DNA of 63,777 bases, the filler included, from Hausera hauseri (taxonomy: Eukaryota), in the NCBI GenBank assembly GCA_046269625.1. It is 11 parts of 11 records of this genome, joined end to end, with 100 filler letters (N's around TTAATTAATTAA, not from the genome) between each part and the next. Parts side by side here need not be neighbours in the genome. Positions count along the whole stretch, not along the records: positions 1 to 8,198 come from JBJURY010735432.1; positions 8,299 to 15,575 come from JBJURY010025341.1; 9 more parts are not named here. The stretch is one strand, 5' to 3'. The position numbers were made by a program, and so were the translations under genes. Numbering within the stretch: the stretch's first letter is position 1; each line of letters opens with the position of its first letter. The notes below the pieces were generated by a model. It did no database searches. It was not told where the DNA came from and worked only from the letters and a program-made list of their open reading frames with translations. Positions 1 through 9,535 of this stretch are shown one piece after another.

Positions 1-41
<41 letters not shown>

Positions 42-42
42 G

Positions 43-74
<32 letters not shown>

Positions 75-110
75 TATTACCATCATTATGATCATTATCA
101 TCATTATCAT
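1..110. repeat. (ATC)n microsatellite, degenerating toward its 3' end
   Basis: Direct reading: more than 20 near-perfect ATC units followed by variant units. Confidence 0.95.
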
Positions 111-224
111 GCATCAAATCCATTGAAATTTCTATGTGGGAATTTTTGTGTGGACTGTCTTATACGCCAATTTACATAAAATTGTTATAAACGTTGTTGT
201 GTTAATATATGTTTTGTTGAAATA

Positions 225-697
225 ATGTCTGTCTTTTTTATTGACTTTGAGGGATTTGTGCATAATAATAATGAATACATCATAAAGGAGCTATGTATAG
301 TGCCAGTTGATAATATGTTTCAACCACTACATTATGTATTTGCCTAAGTGAATCTTAGTATAGTTCATGTGATTTATGCTATTTTTAGTCCTACATTACA
401 TTGTTGTACATACAAGCCTCAAGCAACAAATGCTTATTTGACACACCATCCTCACAAACGGACTTGGGAAGAATATAATACTCAGTTTTGTAAATATTGC
501 CTTATGCGAAATATCGTGAATATGTGTGATATAAAAGAATTCATGTTCTATGTCAAAGATCAAGAGAATGTGCATATGAATGTAGCAAATTGGTAGCAAT
601 ACCAAAGACCATCACATGTATTTATCGTAAATATGGTTCACATTGTGCTTATAAAAAGTGTTTAGCGTTATGTTAAAGTTATATTGTTACTAAATAA
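225..697 (+). pseudogene. Degenerate small DEDD-type exonuclease-like gene, convergent with pPolB
   Basis: Hand translation from ATG 225: MSVFFIDFEGFVHNNNEYIIKELCIV..HYVFA*, then in the same frame (ORF 348-596) QATNAYLTHHPHKRTWEE, then after a frameshift CIYRKYGSHCAYKKCL. The N-terminal hydrophobic-D-x-E motif is DEDD-like. Confidence 0.55.
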
Positions 698-848
698 ATG
701 TGTTATGAAATTAGTTGGTCTTAACTTGTATAGTAGTTACTTAATTTTACTTGGCCTTATCCTATATCTTGCATTACTTAATCAAGAAGACAACACGATA
801 TTTTTATACAACATTTATTACACAAAGAATAACAATGAATAACAATAT

Positions 849-3800
849 TTACAATGCCACATGTCCGCAATGTAGTATGTGGATTCCATCGCTCAGGATC
901 TGCCTTTTGTCATCCATTCAATCCAGGCAATTAAATAGTTGGGATGATCCTTTGGATAGTCTAAGGTATCCATGTGTTGCACCAATTGGGCAAAGTCCTT
1001 AAAATATTATCTGTATGGATCTAATAGATAAAACTAACAGGACCCATATACATCAGCTGCATGGACTTGAACTTGGGGACCATGATGTCATAGCGGAATT
1101 TATACATTAGGGTCTTCGGCAGGTCGAGGACTGCCATACCCACATATGGGCTTGTTGAATTGCAAGGATGTTTCAGCATGTGGATGCTGACCAAGTTCTC
1201 AGAATATATGTTGTTTCTGGTGTTTCCAAAACGCTGTTGTTATATAGTTTGAATTGGTCATTCTCAAATCGTTCTTGGCATTATTCCGCAGCTTTGTATT
1301 GAGATCTATGTATGACTGCAACCACATGGACGGGCTGAACTGCGGGGCTGTATGGATCTTAGTTATACGAAGTCCATATCTAACTGCCTGCTGGAGAGGT
1401 ATGTAGTGGACTACATATATCTCCCTATTACCCAGATGACAGAACAGCTTTCTATGCTTTCGATAGGGTGGAGGCCTGCTCTCAGGGAGGAAATGTAGCT
1501 GTTAATGCCTTTTGTAAATAGACGCCGGATATGTCATGTCTACCTTCAGTATGTAGCCCGTATATCCAGTGGGATCCATGTCCAGTATAAAGATGTTTTC
1601 AGGATTCTCGACCCATTTGAAGTTATCATATGGCAATGGGGTGCTCATTGCTCATCCATACAAGTTGTTGGCATCCAAGTATGATATATATATATATATG
1701 AGGATTCCTTAAATGGATCACATTGGGCCATATACTTGTTATTGGCCTCAATAAACCGGTGAATGGCCTGGCATATTCCGCCTCTTATGCCTCTTTCAAT
1801 CATAAGGATCATATCATAATCCTTAATTATCTGCAGCCTAATACCAGTATAGCGCAGCATTGGTGCCCAACTTATCCCTGGAGTCGTAAAGAAATAAGCT
1901 GGATCCAAAGCATGGCTCTTCATTGTAACATCCCTGAAAATCTCAAAGACATCTGTCAGCAGAAGCTCGTCCATCTTGAGGTAAATATCACTATATTCCC
2001 CTATTGTTCGGCATTGAAATGCATGCCAGACGTTCTAGACATGCTGGTAGTCAGCATCACTGATATCGCAATAAGAGTCCTTCTTGGCCAGCAATGAGGT
2101 CTCATTTAGTGTTTTCCATGAAGTTACATAGTCATAGGGAAACACGCCTTTCCTTTTAACGAGGTCAAAGTTAGTGGGGAAGAATCGCTTCGTCTCTTTG
2201 AGTTCTTCTGCAGGGAGGTTCTTTACTAAACTGTGCAGTGAAGACGACATGAAACGAAATCTGTCTATGAAGCGAAGTCGGATTTTCCATACATGCTTCG
2301 TAAATGTGATATACTTCTCCTCACTGTTTGGGATCACCTCAATATTTCCTTTAATGTTGACTAATTCTCGCACTATGAAATGGGAATCATAGCCACCGAG
2401 ATTATGGAACACTTCAGGCACATATGTGCATGTTTTGCAGCAAAGATTGCAATTGTTCCATTCTGATCCTCGATATGCACATGTAAAATGGCATTGATCC
2501 CTGATTTTATGATTCTACTTAGTAAATGACTTGTCGCACAAGTAACATGTTATTGCCTTGCGCCATTCATCTTCTTGTTTCCATGACATTCTCATATTAT
2601 TCTTATGCTGCTGTAGCATGTTTTCAAGCTTATGAGTCATGTCTTCAAGTCTCTTCATGAAATGTGCTGCTGCACCTTGACCTCTGAATAGAAATGGTTC
2701 ACTGCCAAGTCCTTTGACATACATGCAATACGATGAGAGTTCATGATATTGGTATGCCGTTGTGCTGCTTTGTTGAGGACTGGGAGTGCAGCTGTGAGCT
2801 TGACGCAGGATCGCTTCAAAGTCGCAATAGATAACTATTGGGACCTTGATCTTCTTCTCGAACTCCTTGAATTCAATGTAGTCCTCCTTGGAAAATTCTG
2901 GCCTGATACAGTAATTGTTGTTGCAGTACATTTTGTGCTCTGCAGGCTTGTCCATGGTCTCATCGCCGCTGAAATGGGAAAAGCATCGTTTGCATATTTC
3001 GATTCTTGTTGTGTGTTTCGTAATTTTAGATCTGACTAGACGCTCAAAGTTTTTCATCCAAACATAATGTTTCTTTTCTCCATCGTTTAGTAGGATCAGA
3101 TCCCCATGATCTTCAATTCAATATCGCATATCTGCAAAGGATAAAATTTGTCCTCATCATCCAATCCAATGATGTTGATGAATATATTGTTGATTCGACT
3201 GAACTTCTTAATTGCATCTATGGGTGGCGGGAACTTAATAAATAGGAAGTCATAGTTGTGCTCCAAATCCTTATATAGCCAAACTCGTGCAGCATTATGT
3301 TGATCCAGTGCGAGATTTGATAGAATGGCATACACGAAACACTTGTTGTCATCATTAAGGACATTGATGCATGCTTTTTATTAGCGATCCATTCCGGTAT
3401 ATGTATATAGGAGCTTCCCCGCATAGGAGAGTACTTGTGAACATACACAAGCAATATCTTGATGGTTGCCAGAGTCCATCCACTCTTTTTAGCCTGGCTC
3501 TCACGGGCTTTACGGATCAGATTCTCGTGCACCTCTCGCAGCCATTCTGTTATGTTGGTGTTTTCCAATATAGACCTATTTTTGGTCTTGAAGGCCCTAT
3601 TGGATTCTTCGCCATCAACATTGATGTATGTGGCCTCCAGTTTCATACTAACCTTAAGGGCCTTAAGCTCAGCTATGTTGTCTTGGAGAATTCCTTTTGT
3701 TTCTTCCTTTGTATATTTCAGAAACGACTTGATGGTTGTTTGGTTAGTTGCATGAATGATATATTTGCAGAGTTTTCTCTTTAATGCTGCCGCGTCAACT

Positions 3801-4520
3801 AGCTACTGTCTTTGGCTTTTTGATGGAGCCAGTGCGTCTGATGTGGCCATCCCTGATGCTGCTGCTCATGATGCGGATGCGCGTTTCAATTCTTTAATAT
3901 TCTTCGCAGCTGCTGCGCCAGATCCAGCAGCATAATGCGCGGCAGAATACTGCGAAGCATAATACTGCAAAGCAAATGCATCAATATTATGTTGCTCATT
4001 ATAGATGGCCTTCGTGGACTTTGATGTGAAGTAACTCAAATGATGTTTGTGATCATAACAGAACTGTATATAATCTGTACCGCATACAGTTTCGCATCCT
4101 GGACATATATAATATTGGATATTTTTGGATTTGTATCCATAATATTGCTGCATCGTTTCATGACACTGTTGCGGATTATGTGCTTTGGGTGTGCAATAAA
4201 CATAGGAACCGCACATCTGATTTGCTTTTGGGACACTTGTTGTCATTGGCATATTACGGTTGATTATTTCTTTCTTCGATTTTGTGAACGCATCCAGATT
4301 CTGTTTATGTTTGTTGTAAAATTTTTCGTAACCCGTTCGGCACACTACTTCACATGCAGGACACACATAGTATTGAGTCGTATTGTGTTGGTATCCAAAA
4401 TAATGCTGCATTACACTGTGGCAATTCTGCTCCTCGTGTTTCGGCGCCATGCAAAATTTGTAGAAGTTCCAAATCTAAACAAACCAATTATTTGAGGAGT
4501 ACAATTAAACAACTCACCAT
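849..4520 (-). pseudogene. polB: Protein-primed DNA polymerase B (Polinton/Maverick type), copy A; frameshifted, with an internal deletion near the 3' end
   Basis: Motifs in order across ORF fragments: SGW..GSSYIHIP, DNKCFVYAIL, CKRC..H..C, YCDFE (ExoI), FHNLGGYDSHFI (ExoII), RFIDRFRFM, RKGVFPYDY, GIRGG, YLDANNLYG-like, C-terminal DDKR. Confidence 0.92.
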
Positions 4521-4674
4521 TCGTGGAATTTGATTTTAAAAATAGTAAAATATATTGCCATATCAACACACTCTGCCTGGTTTATTGAATTTTTGTTTAT
4601 TTTCTAACATTCTAGACTACTTAGTTTTAATGCATCAAATAAATTAAATGCACGTTGGCGCCAAATTCGATTTA

Positions 4675-5165
4675 CATATAGGTTTTCATATATGGAGATT
4701 CTAATGAGGTTATTTGATTCTTCGAAAGATGTATTTTTAACCGAATATTCGAGTTGGGATCGATAATTATTCGAGTTTTAAGCTTGATTTCAAATATTTT
4801 ACATCATATTCCTAATCACAATATACATGTACCTAACTATCTGTGCTTAAAGATCTATTTATTTCAATGTGCTTTACCTTCAAATTCACCTCAATTGCTT
4901 AATCAATATAAGAATTAATTAGCATTTATTAAGTACTTTTACCATATTGGAAAACCTTGTTTTATACACCGCATTGCACTGCACCGCACTAATATTGATT
5001 GGCATGTAGGTTTTCACTCATGGGGATTTGAATGACGTCATTAGATTCTTCGAATAATGCATTCTTGACCGAATATTCGAGTTTGAATAGCTAAATATTC
5101 GACTTGTAAGCTCAAGTTCAAATATCTAACATCATATTTCGATTGGCCATATATGCCTTCCTACC
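4675..5165. repeat. Imperfect ~160-bp direct repeat (starts at 4675 and 5003)
   Basis: Both copies read cat(a/g)taggttttca..atgg.gatt..aatga.gt.att.gattcttcgaa..atg.att.tt.accgaatattcgagtt..acatcatatt; offset 328 bp. Confidence 0.8.
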
Positions 5166-5557
5166 CAGACCCGCTATTAAATTTATCGATTTTTGCTTCA
5201 CTGGGCTTTAAATGCACATTTTGCATAATTTAAAATATTCATTTTGTATCTATATAGCGCATTTTCATGGAATAACTTTAATGCATGAGGAGTATTCGGA
5301 CATGAGGAATCGAATGCTGTTGTTAGACTTTTTCGAAAAGTTCGATATTCGATATTCGGGCCAAAAAGTTTTCAAATTTCTAATATTCGACTTGATATTC
5401 GAGATCAGTATACTCGATTTCCTATCTGTCCCCGCTAATTATAATATCGAATTTTGACTCCTTATGACCTAAAACCTATGGGAAGTCTGTCTCAGTTGCA
5501 CTTTGGATCGATATTATTCGAAATCCATTCGATTGATTTAAATTGCAATTGCACATT

Positions 5558-5896
5558 AGTAGTATAAAATGCGGATTCTGGATCACCCCTCGCCCTCCCT
5601 CTCCCTCCATGCAACCAATAGGAAGCGTGCTTGATGCGCACACAGGCACTGGCTTTGTCAATTCGGCAACGGAGATTTCAAAAATCACGCCGTGAACGGT
5701 GCGTGGTGCACCATAGAAGCAGGGGAAGTGCACGAAAAAAGGCGAATGTTAGAAGGAAATGATGGATGATGACGTGTGATGCACAGAAATGATAGGACAC
5801 GGATGACGCATCAAATGCTGAAGGAAAGAAGTCGGTCAGATGGAACGCAGCGGCATGGGGTGAGGGCAAAAAAGTGATCCAGAACCCGCATATAGT
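5558..5896 (+). mobile_element. Putative Polinton-like element end (AGTAGT...) with internal fold-back
   Basis: AGTAGTATAAAATGCGGATTCTGGATCACCCC matches the reverse complement of 8612-8643 on another contig; 5569-5586 pairs with 5874-5891 (1 mismatch in 18). Confidence 0.6.
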
Positions 5897-6585
5897 TTGT
5901 GGGGAAGTGCGAAACTTTATCGACCAACGGTTAATGGTCCACTAACAATGGACATGCGAGTAGCCGAATGAAACCGAAAAGATCGGTGAACGATGCACCG
6001 ATGACGTCACAGACACCCATGTGTGTGCACTGATAATGGATTCCAGTGTTGAGTGGGACAAGAAACGAAAGCCCATGACGCGGGCTATTAGGTAATGGTG
6101 TCCGAATGGAAATACCCCATTCTCGAACGGAACAACGATGGAAAACGTCGAAAATCGACACAGGGTATACTCTGTGGAAAGGGAAAAACTTTTTTCATCG
6201 AAATTCAAAATAATCTGGTTCGATCAATCGGTCATCGTTTGATGAATACGGCTATGTATGTCGGAAAGTTTTTACGCGTCTCCATCAAAGTATAGCAAAG
6301 GAAAACGAATTTTCTATGTACATGTGAACTTTGAACACATGAACTTTTAAACAAATACCTTCGAAAAATATGGATTATTTTTTCGGTTTTAGGGATGTAT
6401 TTTAAAGTACATCTTTTTGTATCACACACACACACATTAAAGGTTAAATGAAAAGGTAATGTAAGGCCATACAACGTGTGTTAAGTACATCTAAAATAAG
6501 AAAACAAATCAATTATTATTATTATACAGTAGCTAAAACGTTTACAAAGATTAATTTCTCCATTTGATAAATAAGAAAAAGTTAG

Positions 6586-8198
6586 TGTGAAACGTATACC
6601 AAATATTGCAATAACACGCAATATGATGATCCGAAGATGTGTCATCAGAAAATGGAAAAATATTATGAATCAAAAAAAGGATATACATGTCCAGTATGTT
6701 GATCTCTAAACGACATACCATATATGGAATTTTATGCCAAACATAAGGAACATATCAATCAATTTCAAGATATAAGCAAAATAGAAATGTTAGTGCAAAT
6801 ACATCGTCATCAAATAAACCGGATCAAATATCATCCACACCAAATGCATCATGGCAGTAATATACACCGAATGCATTATCATCATCATCATCATCATGTC
6901 AGTCGTTCAAACCCATGCACACGATAATGCCAAGAGGACAGCAATACTATGGAATGAAACATTACGGAAACCAACATTGTCTGTCCCCAATACCAAACAA
7001 CCGATAAAACAACATACGGAAAATTTCTACATAAACATGTACCACACATGGATCAATCTCAGTCGAAAAGAAAACGCGAAATTTTAAACGAATCAATCAA
7101 CATGATGATGAACAATTCAACAACAACAACAACAGCAGCAGAAACTCCACCACCACTACAAATCCCTTTAACATCAAATGGCATAACAAAGTGTCGAAAA
7201 AGGAAAGGTGAAGGATCAACGTACCACCACCATCACGAAAAGGCACCACGAAAAACAGTAGCAGACAGACATGCCTTTAATCGAAGAATACGCGAATATA
7301 CAGTTAAACCGCAACATGACGCAGCAGAAATCAGGAGTAATAACCAGTTTATGGGAAATCACAAATCCGAAATTGCTGGTATTCTGGAGGACGCAGTACA
7401 TGAGTTAAATTCGATAAAGTGAATTAGTTTATTGAAGCCATTTACACGAATTTTGATGGCGAAATCACAAAGCGTGCATTCAAGATAATCGAAAAATCCG
7501 TTTTGTGGACACAGATATCAATGCATTTATTCAAAATGAAAGTATCAAAATCGTCCACAAAGCAGATGAAAGTGAAGCGATGAAAAGCACGTATACATTA
7601 GACCACATAGTACGACTCAATATTAGAATCAATAAGTATATGCCAATCGGTGGATAATCCTATATACCACTGCCGGATTAGATTGAAGGCATAAAGTCGT
7701 GTATTAATGTGATGAACTACAACGATAACCTGTGCTTCACATATGCCGTTTTAACAAAAATGCTCATAGATGCAAATGAACAAAATCCAAACAGAGCAAA
7801 TAAATACAACAATATACATCAACCATATGATTTTTCCACAATCAGTCAGTTTCCACCGAGTATGGACAAAATCAAATATTTGAAAATGGCAATAATAATA
7901 TGTCAATAAATGTATTCTGTATAGAAGAAGAAACAAGGAAAATATATCCGTTGAAAATTTGAAAAAAAGAAAAGGATGATCACCAAGATTTGTTGTTGAT
8001 AAGTTATGAAGAAAGTAGTCATTTTGTATACATTTGTCATTTCAGCAGGCTGGTCAGTTCATAGATACCCAGAAATAAAAGCCGCTTATTTATATGCAAA
8101 CGATGTTTAATGCACTACTATAGTGAAACGAAATTGGAACAACATAAGCTATACTGTTCAGAGAAACAATCTGTTCGTGCTGAATTTCCCGATGAAGA
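6586..8198 (+). pseudogene. polB: pPolB copy B, diverged, 5' portion only (cut by contig end)
   Basis: Cys/His repeats (CHQKMEKYY..YTCPVC..FYAKH), then KRAFK, SYIPLP..KSCINVMNYNDNLCFTYAVL, IYPLK, HFVYI, ICKRC..H..C, collinear with copy A. Confidence 0.85.
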
Positions 8199-8298
8199 NN
8201 NNNNNNNNNNNNNNNNNNNNNNNNNNNNNNNNNNNNNNNNNNTTAATTAATTAANNNNNNNNNNNNNNNNNNNNNNNNNNNNNNNNNNNNNNNNNNNN
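8199..8298. other. Artificial contig linker N44-TTAATTAATTAA-N44 (also at 15576, 21976, 28811, 34722, 39461, 44934, 49081, 55016, 59551)
   Basis: Ten identical 100-bp spacers with a 12-mer that places stop codons in all six frames. Confidence 0.98.
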
Positions 8299-8643
8299 TT
8301 CGAACCGCCGTAATGTGCCTAGGTCAACCGTGAAGAGAAAATTGCATTATTTTTCTTCAGTCACACGCAATTCCCTAAAAACCACTTTTCTTTCAGGTCA
8401 CCTTTTCCCCGTGTCCTTACGACTTTTTCATCCGGACACGCTTTTTGCGTCATTTCCTGCCCGGAAATTACGCAACTTCCTATGGAAATTGCGCAACTTC
8501 CCATGGAAAATGCGTAATTTCCTCCGGATGTTACGCAAATCGGACCGGAAGTGACGCAATTTCCACCGGAAGTGACGCAATTTCAGACCGGAAGTTACTC
8601 AATCGGGGGGGGGGTAACCCAGAACCGGCAATTTTATACTACT
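8299..8643 (-). mobile_element. Putative Polinton-like element end with a 21-bp palindromic tandem array
   Basis: Ends in ...ATTTTATACTACT at 8643 (reverse complement AGTAGTATAAAATTGCCGGTTCTGG); about seven GGAA-N10-TTCC-like units at 8463-8603. Confidence 0.65.
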
Positions 8644-9535
8644 CGCAAAGGGATAAATCCCCCCGATATTTCAAAAAATCCAAAATTCTTAGTGTCTAGC
8701 AGTATCATTTAATAATTATTGGTAAAGAGTATAATATAGTATCCGTATGTAACCCGAGTTAAACGGAATACTACCAATAAATTATATTCGCTCTTGGCCA
8801 AAATATCCTTGCCTGAAATACTTTTCTGCGTATGCCACTGATGGTGTTCATAATTAAAGTGTCTGTGAAACTGCTATCGAATGAAAACTACTGGACCAAA
8901 ATTTACCAAACCTGCAAGAAGTCATGAGATTTTACATCCTGCAAAAATGAATTCATTCAGTCATTATCAGATGGAAAATGGAGGTTTATTAATGACATTG
9001 ACTTTACAAATAACAATCATAATAGGGCATATCAGTCATGGAAATATTCATAACATTCCAGCTGAAATGCTCCACATTCTTGTAGAGAATGCTATATGGC
9101 ACTTTAATATGATAGAAGAAATTGATGGAGATGACAATAAACATGCACTGTCATGACTCTTATTACCGTTGTGATCTAAATAAAAAAGTACATCATTAAA
9201 ATGAAAAATTTCTCACCGATTTCCTTCTGAGTGTTTAAGATTTTATCCTATAAAAACACTTGGTATGATCAGACTGTTACCAGATGAAAACGAAACAAAA
9301 AGCTATTTCAGCTTTAAAAGCTGGGTGATTTTCTGCTTGTAGTAGTATTGATCAGTATCTGCTCCTGATAGAATAAAATGTATCTGCATTTTTTGATTTT
9401 TATTTTATGCATTCAAATCAATTAAGTTATAAACTGCTTGACGGTTGGATTATCTTGTTATAGACATTCCATGCATATTAAGTGTTTAATGTCAAATAGT
9501 ATAAGTTTTAAAATATATTTTAACGTTTATCGCAA

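Noticed and set aside
1-110. Adenovirus-like CATCATC terminus
   Set aside because: It is a long simple microsatellite at a contig edge and lacks the following origin core.
8199-8298. Recurrent TTAATTAATTAA palindrome as a biological repeat, CRISPR repeat or piggyBac target
   Set aside because: Always flanked by exactly 44 Ns on each side; it is a concatenation linker.
5558-8643. The 5558 and 8643 ends as the TIR pair of one 3-kb element
   Set aside because: A linker separates them, pPolB B is cut at the contig end, and the two ends are only partly identical.
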